A DNA stretch of 36,151 nucleotides from Candidatus Methylomirabilia bacterium (GTDB taxonomy: Bacteria > Methylomirabilota > Methylomirabilia > Rokubacteriales > CSP1-6): positions 1-36,151 of the forward strand of contig JBGPXN010000032.1 of NCBI GenBank assembly GCA_041492755.1, read 5' to 3'. The position numbers and the translations under genes were made by a program. The notes below the pieces were generated by a model that saw only the letters and a list, made by a program, of their open reading frames with translations, did not search any database and was not told the DNA's origin. Shown here in pieces: positions 10,312 through 22,562 of this stretch (position 1 is its first letter; every line of letters begins with the position of its first letter).

Positions 10312-11447
10312 GCGCTTCCGGCGGCGAGGCCCTGCTCGTCCTGCGCGACGGACGGGTGTTCCGTGGCCGCGCGCTGGGTGCGCGGGGCGAAGCGTGGGGC
10401 GAGGTGATCTTCAACACGGCGATGCAGGGGTATCAAGAGATCCTGACGGATCCGTCCTACCGCGGTCAGATCGTCGTCATGACGTATCCCATGATCGGCA
10501 ACTACGGGCTCAACCCGGAAGACGCGGAATCGCGCCGGCCGTGGGTCAACGGCTTCGTGGTCAAGGAAGCGTCGCCGTACCCGTCGTCGTGGCGGGGGCG
10601 CGTGAGCCTCGCCGACTACCTCACCCAGCACGGGATCGTCGGCATCGAAGGGATCGACACCCGAGCCCTCACGCGCCACCTCCGCGACCACGGCGCGCAG
10701 GATGGGATCATCGCGGCGGCCGGCCTCGACCTCGAGACGCTACGCGGGCGGGCGCGAAAGCTGCCCAGCCTCGTGGGCCGCGACCTCGTCGACGAAGTCG
10801 CGGTGGAGGCGCCGTACGCCTGGACGAACGGCGGCCCCTGGGACCTGGGACGCGGTTACGGCCCGGCGCCGGCGGCGCAGCACCGGGTCGTCGCCTTCGA
10901 CGCCGGCATCAAGGACAACATCCTCCGCCAGCTCGCCGGCGCCGGCTGCGACGTGACCGTTGTTCCCGCGCGAACGGCGGCCGCGAACGTGCTGGCGCGC
11001 GAGCCCGACGGCGTCTTCATCTCCAATGGTCCCGGCGATCCCGAAGGCGTGCCGTACCTCATCGAGGCGGTCCGCGGTCTGCTCGGCCGCGTGCCGGTGT
11101 TCGGCATCTGCCTCGGCCACCAGATCCTCGGGCTGGCCGCCGGGGGGCGAACGTACAAGCTTCCGTTCGGCCACCACGGCGCGAACCATCCGGTGAAGGA
11201 CGTCGCGACCGGCCGGGTGGAGATCACCGCGCAGAACCACGGCTTCGCCGTCGATCCCGAGGCGCTGGCCGGCGCCGGCTGGCAGCCGACGCACGTGAAC
11301 CTCAACGACGGAACGTGCGAGGGGCTCGCCCATCCCGGGCTGCGCGCCTTCAGCGTGCAGTACCACCCGGAAGCCTCGCCCGGTCCTCACGACTCGAGCT
11401 ATCTGTTCCATCGGTTCGCAGGGCTGATGGCCCCCAAAGGAGGTTGA
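10308..11447 (+). CDS. carA: Carbamoyl-phosphate synthase small subunit
   Basis: GEVIFNT, TDPSY, SNGPGDP, GICLGHQ, QYHPE. Confidence 0.97.
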   Translation: MSASGGEALLVLRDGRVFRGRALGARGEAWGEVIFNTAMQGYQEILTDPSYRGQIVVMTYPMIGNYGLNPEDAESRRPWVNGFVVKEASPYPSSWRGRVSLADYLTQHGIVGIEGIDTRALTRHLRDHGAQDGIIAAAGLDLETLRGRARKLPSLVGRDLVDEVAVEAPYAWTNGGPWDLGRGYGPAPAAQHRVVAFDAGIKDNILRQLAGAGCDVTVVPARTAAANVLAREPDGVFISNGPGDPEGVPYLIEAVRGLLGRVPVFGICLGHQILGLAAGGRTYKLPFGHHGANHPVKDVATGRVEITAQNHGFAVDPEALAGAGWQPTHVNLNDGTCEGLAHPGLRAFSVQYHPEASPGPHDSSYLFHRFAGLMAPKGG

Positions 11448-11454
11448 CGCGCGC

Positions 11455-11721
11455 ATGCCGCTGTACCTGATCTCGTATCGGAAGACCGAGGGTGTGGGGC
11501 ACAAGCCGGAGTGGGCCTCTTTCACGACCCAGAGCGACACGTCACTGGAGGCCGCCGCCGTGCGCCAGCGCGTGGACAAGCGCATCAGCGTGATCGGCGA
11601 GCAGCTCTGGGGCAGCGGCGAAGCCGTCTGGGTCGGCAGCGGACGCCTCGACGACGTGATGTTCCGCCGCGAGGAAGCCGCGCCCGAGATCTCCATCGTG
11701 TACGGGCTGGTGGAGGACTAG
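11455..11721 (+). CDS. Small hypothetical protein (88 aa)
   Basis: Strong RBS AAAGGAGG just upstream; GC-rich third positions like the neighbours; no recognised family. Confidence 0.75.
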   Translation: MPLYLISYRKTEGVGHKPEWASFTTQSDTSLEAAAVRQRVDKRISVIGEQLWGSGEAVWVGSGRLDDVMFRREEAAPEISIVYGLVED

Positions 11722-11771
11722 GCTGGGGTCCGAACACTTGTCGGCACAAGCAATAACAGTCGGCCGGCGCA

Positions 11772-12086
11772 TTGGCTGATGTTGTTGCTTCGATCAACGG
11801 CGTTCCGATCCGCCTGCCCAGTGAGCGATGGGTCCACATCGTCGAGCATCATGACGACCTCGCTGGGCACTATCATGACGTGCTTGAAGCGGTCCGAAAT
11901 CCAGACGCCATCTATGATGGCGGCACCGGCGAACTTCTCGCCGCGACCAGTTTCGAGGCTAGGTATCTCATCGTTGCGTATCGTGAAGTTTCGCCCGGCG
12001 ATGGCTTCGTCATTACCGCATTCTTCACCACTCGTATCCGGCAGATCGAGAGGAGACGACTGATATGGAAAAGAGCGTCGTCGTAG
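11772..12086 (+). CDS. Putative BECR/RelE-like ribonuclease toxin (DUF4258/PBECR-like)
   Basis: IRLPSERWVHIVEHH...VRNPDAIY...YLIVAYR...GFVITAF pattern; directly upstream of a DUF2283-like gene; TTG start. Confidence 0.6.
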   Translation: MADVVASINGVPIRLPSERWVHIVEHHDDLAGHYHDVLEAVRNPDAIYDGGTGELLAATSFEARYLIVAYREVSPGDGFVITAFFTTRIRQIERRRLIWKRASS

Positions 12087-12307
12087 ACCTCCTCGAAAGC
12101 TTACCGCACCTTCTCCGGCTGCCGTCGAAGCAGATATGGTTCGACTTCGACGCCGAAGCAGACGTCTTGTACGTCAGCTTCGAGCGCCCGCAGGGCGCGA
12201 CTGACAGCGAGTTGAACGAGGACGGCGTACTGATGCGCTATCGCGGAGACCGGCTCGTCGGCGTGACCATCATGAATGCGCGAAAACGCGTGGCCGGTCA
12301 CGGATAG
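12065..12307 (+). CDS. DUF2283 domain protein, putative antitoxin
   Basis: FDFDAEADVLYVSF...GVLMRY...LVGVTIMNA matches the DUF2283 pattern; GAGGAG RBS. Confidence 0.75.
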   Translation: MEKSVVVDLLESLPHLLRLPSKQIWFDFDAEADVLYVSFERPQGATDSELNEDGVLMRYRGDRLVGVTIMNARKRVAGHG

Positions 12308-15500
<3,193 letters not shown>

Positions 15501-15511
<11 letters not shown>

Positions 15512-16391
15512 GCGAGCGCCGGCTGATCGCGTCTTCGTCGCGCTCGACGTCGAAAGCATCGATGCCGCGGCCTCGTTGCTGGATCGGCTCCAGGGCGTCG
15601 TCACCGGCTGCAAGATCGGCAGCCAGCTCTTCACCGCGGCCGGCCCCGCCGCGATCGAGCTCGCCCTCCGGCGCGGCTTCCGCGTCTTCCTCGATCTCAA
15701 GTTCCACGACATCCCGAACACCGTCGCCGGCGCCGTGCGCGAGGCCACCCGCAGCGGCGTGTTCATGCTCAACGTCCACGCCTCCGGCGGTCTCGCCATG
15801 ATGCGCGCGGCCGCCGAGTCCGCGACGAAGGCCGCGGCGGAATTCAAGATTGTGCGGCCGGTCTGCATCGGCGTGACGGTGCTGACGAGCCTGGACCGCC
15901 GGGCGCTCGATCACGAAGTCGGAGTGGCAAGGTCGGTGGAAGCGCACGTGCTGCACCTCGCCGATCGGGCGCGCGAGGCGGGCCTCGACGGCTGCGTCGC
16001 GTCGCCGCAGGAGATCGGCGTGCTACGGCGCGCGCTCGGATCGACCTGGGTCATCGTGACGCCGGGGATTCGCGGGCGCAGCAATCAGGCCTTGGGAGAC
16101 CCGGAGCGCTCGGCGGGCCCGGGGGGGTCGGCGGACCCGGGGCGCTCGGCGGGCCCGGGCGATTCGGCGGGCCCGGGCGATTCGGCGAGCCCGGGCGATT
16201 CGGCGAGCCCGGGGGGTTCGGGGGGCCATGTCAGGGCCCCCCGATCCAATGACGACCAGGTGCGCGTGGCGACGCCGGCGGCCGCGCTTCGCGCCGGCGC
16301 GGACTACCTGGTGATCGGGCGGCCCATCACCGCGGCTCCCGATCCGGTGACGGCGGCGCGGGCGATCCTCGACGAGCTGAAAGTCGGATGA
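15501..16391 (+). CDS. pyrF: Orotidine-5'-phosphate decarboxylase with an in-frame repeat insertion; probable CTG start
   Basis: VFVALD lies upstream of the ORF-track start; [37 protein letters not shown] sits 7 nt before CTG 15501. Confidence 0.9.
16101..16245 (+). repeat. Seven 18-bp tandem units ending in the palindromic end of a dispersed repeat, in-frame in pyrF
   Basis: Units such as ccgggcgattcggcgggc at 16101-16226, the last overlapping ggggggccatgtcagggcccccc. Confidence 0.92.
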
Positions 16392-16450
16392 GCGATCACG
16401 ACACCGAAAGGGGCGGCATGGCGACACCGAACGATTGGAGGGCAAGCGCC

Positions 16451-17020
16451 GTGACGGAACGTGAGACGCTCGAGCTCTACGAGAAAACCGGCGCGCTCCT
16501 TCACGGCCACTTCCGCCTGACGTCCGGCCTGCATTCCGACGTCTACCTTCAGTCGGCGCTCGTGCTCCAGTACCCCCAGTTCGCCGCGGCCCTGGGGACC
16601 GCCCTCGCCGACTCCTACCGCGACGCTCGCGCCACCACCGTCGTCGCGCCCGCGATCGGTGGCATCCCCGTCTCGCACGAGGTCGCGCGCGCCCTCGGCG
16701 TCCGCGCGCTCTTCACCGAGCGCGAAGGGGGCGCGATGCGCCTCCGTCGAGGCTTCACGATCTCAGCCGGCGAGCGGTGTCTCGTGGTCGAAGACGTGGT
16801 GACCACCGGCGGCTCGACGCGCGAAGTCATCCAGTGCGTGGACGCCAACGGCGGTGTGGTGGTGGGCGTCGGCTCCCTCGTCGACCGTAGCGGCGGCGCC
16901 GCAAAGTTCTCCGCCCCCTACGTCGCGCTGGCGACGGTGAAGGCGACGACGTGGGACCCCGCCGACTGCCCGCTCTGCGCCTCCGGCAGCGTCGCCATCA
17001 AGCCGGGCAGTCGCGCCTAG
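16451..17020 (+). CDS. pyrE: Orotate phosphoribosyltransferase
   Basis: GHFRLTSGLHS.VY, LVVEDVVTTGGS, CPLC..KPGS. GTG 16451 follows GGAGG; alternative starts at 16388 and 16418. Confidence 0.93.
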   Translation: MTERETLELYEKTGALLHGHFRLTSGLHSDVYLQSALVLQYPQFAAALGTALADSYRDARATTVVAPAIGGIPVSHEVARALGVRALFTEREGGAMRLRRGFTISAGERCLVVEDVVTTGGSTREVIQCVDANGGVVVGVGSLVDRSGGAAKFSAPYVALATVKATTWDPADCPLCASGSVAIKPGSRA

Positions 17021-17063
17021 CCTCCGCCTAGCTTGGATTATTCGTGAACGCGCACACCGCGAA

Positions 17064-17234
17064 CGACCGGGGGGCACGGCCGGAGATGGGGGGATGGGGT
17101 CCGGGTGACCCATTTACCGCCACGCGAGACCACGACATCGCCGTATGGAATGGGAACGGCTCGCCGGTGATCGGTACGCCGTCGGCTGTGGTCAGAGGAC
17201 TCCGTCCCCCCATCTCCGGCCGTGCCCCCGGTCG
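17064..17234. repeat. 171-bp element with ~38-bp near-perfect terminal inverted repeats (MITE-like or structured RNA)
   Basis: cgaccggggggcacggccggagatggggggatggggtcc (17064-17102) versus reverse complement of 17197-17234, cgaccgggggcacggccggagatggggggacggagtcc. Confidence 0.85.
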
Positions 17235-17254
17235 ACGCCTCGCCGGCGGCGTCG

Positions 17255-19333
17255 CTACGATCGTCGACCGAGCTCGGCCGCGGCCGCGGCGATGTCCGAC
17301 GCTTCCCCCGGAGTGAGCGCCGTACCACCGAAGCGTACCCGCTCGTACACCTGAGTGATCGCCCCGAACGTCGTGCCGCACTCCGGCCGGGCCGCCGCGA
17401 CGCGAACCGCGAACTCTGCGGCCGTCTCGCTCGGCTGTGGCCGAAGCCCCGCCCGAGCGAGCCGGCGCAGCGCCCGGCGATAGAAGTCGGGCACGCGCGC
17501 CCGGGCGCCGGCGGCGCGGGGGCCGGACGCTCCGAGGCGCCGCGTCCAGAGGTAAGCCCCGGCGACCAGCACGACGCCGGCGGCCACCGCGAGCACCACG
17601 CCGCCATCGAACGATCCGGGCAACCGCGCCGGCCAACCCCCGGCCCGGCGCGCGGTGGCGCCCAGCGCGATCTGATCTTGAAGGCTCCAATTCACCACCC
17701 AGCGGTACCAGCGCATGCGCAGCGCGTCGAGGTAGAGGCCGGCACGGCCGTACGCGGCCGGCGGTGGCGCGTCGCCGCGGGGCGACGGGTCGAGCGCCAC
17801 CCAGCCAAAACCGCCGAGCCAGACTTCGACCCACGAGTGGGCGTCGCTCAGGCGGACGACGAAGTACTCGCCGTACGGATTCCACTCGCCGCGCTGGAAT
17901 CCGTTCACCACGCGGGCGGGGATGCCCAGCGTGCGGAGCATGATGGCGAGGGCGGACGCGAAGTACTCGCAGTTGCCGGCACGGTGCTCGAAGAGGAACT
18001 CCTCGAGCGGATCGCCGGTGCCGCGACGCTTCAGATCGAGGGTGTAACGGAACTCGCGCGACAAAAACTCGGTGAGCCGGGCCGCCCGTTCGACCTCGCT
18101 GCGGCTGCCCGCGGTGACCTGACGCGCCAGATCGCCGATGCGGCCGGCCATCGGCGGCAGTTGCAAGGCCCGCGCGAGCTGGACCGGTGACGGCGTGTCC
18201 ACCGCGCCGCGCGGGACGCCGAGGACGATGGGCTCCAGCTCCGACTCGACCGTGTACTGGAGTCGTGCCCCCGGCGTGGGCAGGGACAGCCCGCCTGCAT
18301 CGTCGACGATGACGGGGCCGCTACGCACGCGCAGGCGGATCACGCGCGGCGCGGCGAAGATCACGTCGGTCGCGATGGGCTCCAGGAAGATCTCCTGGGT
18401 CACCAGCGGCTCCGCGGTGCGCGGCCGCCCGACCCACACATCGCCAGTGGGCGAGGGATGCAACGCCACGCGCGGGCCGCGGGTGGCCGTCCAGGTGCGG
18501 CCGTTGAAGTGATCGAGCGTCAGCCCGCGCCACCGGAGGATCGGCACCCGTTCCGGCTCCGGTGCCCCCGCCACGATGCGCACGCGCATGACGACGGTGC
18601 CGTCCGTCTCGATCTCGCCGATGGCGCCGAGGTCGACGCGGTCGGTGAACCCCGTGACCATGCGCCGGAGCTGCGCCCGCAACGGCAGCGCGGCCTGACC
18701 GACGCGCGGGATCACGACGAAGAACGTCGCGGTGATCAGAATGGTCGTCGCGGCCGCGGCCAGGGCGAGCCCGACGAGACCGGCGCCGAGACCGACGGGG
18801 CGCGCGTCGGGGGTCGCCGCCACCTCGGCTTCCACGTGGTACAGCATCAGCATCCAGGTGCCGACGCCCAGGAAGACGGAAAACACGAAGAGGAAGGCGA
18901 CGCTGAAGCCGACGGCGGCGGCGGCCACCAGCATGAAAAACGACATGAGTCCCGCATCGCGCAGGTCGCGCGCCGCCAGCCCCGTGAACAGACGCAGCAG
19001 GACCAGGGCCAGCAGGAGATGAACGAACCCGTCGAGGATGGAGGCCGCGACGTACATGAGGTCGAGTACGGCGGCGGCCGCCGCGGCCACCACGAGCGCG
19101 CGGTCGAGCGCCAGCGGGCCACCGGACCGCTCCCGCAGCTCCCGGCGGGCCAGCGCAATGGCGAGCCCGGAGATGGCCAGGAGCGCGCCATACTCGCCGA
19201 GCAAGCCGCCGAGATAGAGCGCGACGATCCCGTCGGCGACGAGCACGGCGGTGGCCACGGTCAGCGCACCGGTCGACCTTCGGGCAAAGAAGGGCTCGGC
19301 GTGGCGCGATGAACGCGGGCTAATCGAGGCCAA
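17255..19333 (-). CDS. Membrane transglutaminase-like protein (TgpA type; DUF3488 + transglutaminase + DUF4129)
   Basis: N-terminal TM helices, WRG..LD.F.G..W, catalytic GNCEYFA / HSWVEV / DPSP, C-terminal PSET..EF...YERVRFG; start uncertain. Confidence 0.9.
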   Translation of the reverse strand: MASISPRSSRHAEPFFARRSTGALTVATAVLVADGIVALYLGGLLGEYGALLAISGLAIALARRELRERSGGPLALDRALVVAAAAAAVLDLMYVAASILDGFVHLLLALVLLRLFTGLAARDLRDAGLMSFFMLVAAAAVGFSVAFLFVFSVFLGVGTWMLMLYHVEAEVAATPDARPVGLGAGLVGLALAAAATTILITATFFVVIPRVGQAALPLRAQLRRMVTGFTDRVDLGAIGEIETDGTVVMRVRIVAGAPEPERVPILRWRGLTLDHFNGRTWTATRGPRVALHPSPTGDVWVGRPRTAEPLVTQEIFLEPIATDVIFAAPRVIRLRVRSGPVIVDDAGGLSLPTPGARLQYTVESELEPIVLGVPRGAVDTPSPVQLARALQLPPMAGRIGDLARQVTAGSRSEVERAARLTEFLSREFRYTLDLKRRGTGDPLEEFLFEHRAGNCEYFASALAIMLRTLGIPARVVNGFQRGEWNPYGEYFVVRLSDAHSWVEVWLGGFGWVALDPSPRGDAPPPAAYGRAGLYLDALRMRWYRWVVNWSLQDQIALGATARRAGGWPARLPGSFDGGVVLAVAAGVVLVAGAYLWTRRLGASGPRAAGARARVPDFYRRALRRLARAGLRPQPSETAAEFAVRVAAARPECGTTFGAITQVYERVRFGGTALTPGEASDIAAAAAELGRRS

Positions 19334-20336
19334 CCACGATCTCCCTGAGATCGCCGCCCCAACCGCGGCCGATGCCCGGCGCCTCGTTCGTTGCCGCGCC
19401 CGCCGCCGGCGCGGCCGTTCCGGGCTCGTACAACGCGAGCGCGGTCAGCACCCGCCGCTCGTGCCCCCGCCCGTGACCGAGCCGGACCAGCAGCCCGGGT
19501 CCGACGATCTCGACCCCGGCGCCCCGCCTGAGAAGGGCACAGGCCAGCGACGCGGCTTCGGACAGGGCGTCCTCCAGCCGCGCCGGGTCGACCGCGCCGG
19601 TGCCGTGCAGGCGGAGCCGCACGTCCTCCGTGGTCTCGGCTTGCAGCTCGCGCACGACGAGGGCGCCGCGGCGGGCGCTGGTGCGCCAGTGGATCAGTCG
19701 GGGATCGTCGCCGGCCCGGTATTCGCGCAGGTTGTGGAGGTCGTGGCCACGACCCGCGCGCCGGGTCGGCGCGCTCCCACCACCGCCGAGATACCGGAGC
19801 GTCTCGGCATCGAGCGGCCGGACGGCCGGGTACACGATGACTTCGTCGTCGGCCGTCGGCCGTCCGGACTTGGTGAAGAGCCCGAAGGGAAACCGCGTGC
19901 TGAGGCGCACGCCGGGCAGCCGCTGCCGCCCGCGCCGGGGCAGCGTCACTTCCCACGTCACGAGCCGCTCGTCGCCCGCGAGCAGGCGTGGGACGTACGC
20001 GAGGCGCACCGCGCCGGCCGCGGCCAGGAGGGCCAGCGAGTACGACGACAGCCGTCGCTTGGCGTTCACGACGCGCGCGCCGAGACGCACCGGCGTTCCC
20101 GCGTGGATCGCCGCCGGCAGCACCGGCACGAGGCGGATGCCGCGGAGCGATTGCTCGGAAAGTATGCCGGACACGACGATCAACCCGAGCAGCATCGACT
20201 CGAGCAGGTAGAGCAGGTTGTTACCGGTATTGATCGCGGCGAAGCCGAGCCCCATGGCGGCGAGCAGGCACCACCAGCCTTCGCGGGTCGGCCTCAGCGT
20301 CCGGCGCGGGTGGAAAAAGCGGGGTGGCCACTCCAT
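19320..20336 (-). CDS. DUF58 domain protein (MoxR partner)
   Basis: AAINTGNNLLYL, TRFPFGLF, LREYRAGDDPRLIHWRTSAR; start placed at ATG 20336. Confidence 0.9.
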   Translation of the reverse strand: MEWPPRFFHPRRTLRPTREGWWCLLAAMGLGFAAINTGNNLLYLLESMLLGLIVVSGILSEQSLRGIRLVPVLPAAIHAGTPVRLGARVVNAKRRLSSYSLALLAAAGAVRLAYVPRLLAGDERLVTWEVTLPRRGRQRLPGVRLSTRFPFGLFTKSGRPTADDEVIVYPAVRPLDAETLRYLGGGGSAPTRRAGRGHDLHNLREYRAGDDPRLIHWRTSARRGALVVRELQAETTEDVRLRLHGTGAVDPARLEDALSEAASLACALLRRGAGVEIVGPGLLVRLGHGRGHERRVLTALALYEPGTAAPAAGAATNEAPGIGRGWGGDLREIVVGLD

Positions 20337-20361
20337 GACGTGCCCTCGCGAAATGCGCCGC

Positions 20362-21297
20362 TCAGCGCGGGACGGCAAGCTCCTGCACGAGCGCCCGCAC
20401 GATCGCCTCGCCGTCCACGGCCGCGCCGACGGCGCCGGCGCCACCGCGGGCGAAGACGCGGTGACCGAGCACGGGAGCGGCCAGCCGCTTCACGTCGTCG
20501 GGCACGAGATAGTCGCGCCCGTTCGCGAGGGCCAGCGCCTGGGCGGCACGGAGCAGCGCGAGCGAGCCGCGCGGGCTCGCGCCGAGGCTCACCAGCGGCG
20601 ACGTGCGGGTCCCGCTCACCAGCGCCATCAGGTAATCGAGCACGGAGTCCTCGACCTTCACGCCTTCGCACTCGGCCTGCAGGTCGAGCACCTCGCTGGC
20701 GTCCAGCACGGGATCGATCGTGTCGGGTAACGACGCGCCGCCGCGCAGGATGGCCTTCTCGTCGACGGCGTCCGGATAGCCGATGCGGACGCGGAGCAGG
20801 AAGCGGTCGAGCTGGGACTCCGGCAGCGGATAGGTGCCCTCGTACTCGCGCGGGTTCTGGGTGGCGAGCACCATGAAGGGCCGTGGCAGCGGGTAGGTCG
20901 AGTGATCGAGCGAGACTTGCGCCTCGTTCATCGCCTCCAGCAGGCTCGACTGGGTCTTCGGCGTGGTGCGGTTGATCTCGTCGGCGAGCACGACGTTGGC
21001 GAAGAGCGGGCCGGGCTTGAAGGCGAACGCCGCGCGCGCGGGCTCCCACACCGACACGCCGAGGATGTCGGACGGCAGCATGTCGGAGGTGAACTGGATG
21101 CGCTGAAACTGGCCGCCGATGGACCGCGCGAGCGCGGCGGCGAGCGTCGTCTTGCCGACGCCCGGGACGTCTTCGATCAGGAGGTGACCGCGGGCGAGCA
21201 GGCCGACCACGGCGAGCCGCACGGCCTCGGGCTTGCCCACGATGCAGCGAGCGACGTTGTCTTCCAGCCGTCGGATCCGATCGATGGCGCTCGGCAT
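20362..21297 (-). CDS. moxR: MoxR family AAA+ ATPase
   Basis: GHLLIEDVPGVGKT, LADEINR, ATQNP, LPESQLDRF, SPRG. Confidence 0.95.
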   Translation of the reverse strand: MPSAIDRIRRLEDNVARCIVGKPEAVRLAVVGLLARGHLLIEDVPGVGKTTLAAALARSIGGQFQRIQFTSDMLPSDILGVSVWEPARAAFAFKPGPLFANVVLADEINRTTPKTQSSLLEAMNEAQVSLDHSTYPLPRPFMVLATQNPREYEGTYPLPESQLDRFLLRVRIGYPDAVDEKAILRGGASLPDTIDPVLDASEVLDLQAECEGVKVEDSVLDYLMALVSGTRTSPLVSLGASPRGSLALLRAAQALALANGRDYLVPDDVKRLAAPVLGHRVFARGGAGAVGAAVDGEAIVRALVQELAVPR

Positions 21298-21306
21298 GGT
21301 CGTCGG

Positions 21307-21612
21307 TCAGTACTCCGGGGGCGCGTACACGGTGAGGAAGAACAGCGGCGTGGGGCCGGGGTTGCGGACGTGGTGCGGGGTCTTGGCCGGAATGATCATG
21401 AGCGACCCGGCGCGCGCGGGGTGCTCGGCGTCGCCCATCCGCACGATCGCTTCGCCCTCCACCACGTAGAGGATCTGATCGCCGGCGTGCTCCTCGGCCG
21501 GTCCCGCGTCGGCACCCGGCGCGACCGTCATCACCGCGGTCTGGCTCCGCTCCGTCTCCTGGAGCACGTGAAAGAACCGCCCGCGATACCGGAAGACATC
21601 CTCCACCTCCAT
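21307..21612 (-). CDS. Cupin domain protein
   Basis: EEH...QILYVVEG...IIPAKTPH; GGAGG RBS before ATG 21612. Confidence 0.85.
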   Translation of the reverse strand: MEVEDVFRYRGRFFHVLQETERSQTAVMTVAPGADAGPAEEHAGDQILYVVEGEAIVRMGDAEHPARAGSLMIIPAKTPHHVRNPGPTPLFFLTVYAPPEY

Positions 21613-21793
21613 TCCCACCTCCTGTGTCCGCCTCCTGCGCCCCGTCACGCCAGTATGTCACCCCTCCGAGGGAGACCCCGCACGGGGAGACGAGCAGGCA
21701 CGCCGCGACGACCTCGTGCAAGGACGCTTCCAGCGCGGGCTCCGCCAGCGCCGACATCGAAAGCCCGGCGAAGCTCCCCACCGACTCAGAGGC

Positions 21794-21975
21794 TGTGAGG
21801 GAATTCGGGGCGCGCCACGGCTCCGCCGCGGCGCTCCGAGCGGTGGGAGTATCGGGGACCATGTCGGCCCCCCGATGATCTCAGGGAATGTGAGGGAATT
21901 CGAGGAGCGCCACGGCTCCGCCGGGGCGCTCCGAGCGCCGGGGGGGGTATGGGGGGCCATATCGGGGCCCCCCAT
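21794..21975 (+). repeat. Two tandem diverged copies (95-bp period) of the double-hairpin dispersed repeat
   Basis: tgtgagggaattcg...gcgccacggctccgccg.ggcgctccgagcg...gtat.gggg.ccat.tcgg..ccccc starting at 21794 and 21889. Confidence 0.9.
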
Positions 21976-22323
21976 CTAAAGCAGTCCGTTCCGGACGAGG
22001 ACGATCAAGAGCCAGGCGAGCTGCCCGCCGACGAAGACGACCCGGCCGCGCTCGGGACTTGCCAGGCGGGCACGGTAGTGCCAGCCCCCGAGCACCAACG
22101 CGAGCACGAGGAAGAGCGGGCCGTCGTACACGGCCAGCCACCCGAAGTGATGCGCGAGGCCAGCGGCGAAGTTCCAGAGCGACCAGGCGCCGAGCCAGTG
22201 AGCGATCACCGACACCAGCACGGAGCCGCGCGAGTCCGAGCGCCCGAGCAGGCGCGCGATCCCCACGGCGACGGCGCCGGCAGCCAGGATCGCGAGCAGG
22301 CCGAGGACGCCCCAGCGGGTCAC
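21976..22323 (-). CDS. Small integral membrane protein (about 4 TM), unknown function
   Basis: Hydrophobic 115-aa ORF; GTGA overlap with the upstream permease fragment. Confidence 0.7.
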   Translation of the reverse strand: MTRWGVLGLLAILAAGAVAVGIARLLGRSDSRGSVLVSVIAHWLGAWSLWNFAAGLAHHFGWLAVYDGPLFLVLALVLGGWHYRARLASPERGRVVFVGGQLAWLLIVLVRNGLL

Positions 22324-22556
22324 GTCCGCGTCCGATACTCCGGCCGCCCGCGCAGCAGCCGCATCTCGATCTGCTTGATCCCCACCGCGAGCACGATGCC
22401 GATGACCCCGAGGGCGAGCAGCGCGACCATCATGTCGGCCGCGTTGAGCGTGCCCAGCGACTGGAGGATCAGGTAGCCGAGCCCGCCGCCCGACTCACCG
22501 CCAAGGAACTCGCCGACGACCACGCCGATGAGCGCGAACGAGATCGACGGCGTCAC
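22320..22556 (-). pseudogene. C-terminal fragment of a NitT/TauT-family ABC permease
   Basis: FALIGVVVGEFLG...GLGYLI...MMVALLALGVIG...IE.RLL; N-terminal two-thirds missing, no RBS. Confidence 0.8.
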
Positions 22557-22562
22557 ACGGGC

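Noticed and set aside
16101..16226. CRISPR-like periodicity inside pyrF
   Set aside because: Contiguous 18-bp units without spacers, in-frame in a protein; a VNTR.
16388..16450. Direct repeat CGACACCGAA twice upstream of pyrE
   Set aside because: Only 10 bp and no PyrR-like structure; not enough to call a site.
17064..17234. 6S RNA, 5S rRNA or retron msr-msd call
   Set aside because: No symmetric central bubble or usual 6S context, only a few-nucleotide resemblance to 5S, and no reverse transcriptase nearby; left unassigned.
21794..21975. Possible CRISPR array
   Set aside because: Only two long diverged units, no unique spacers and no cas genes in the window.
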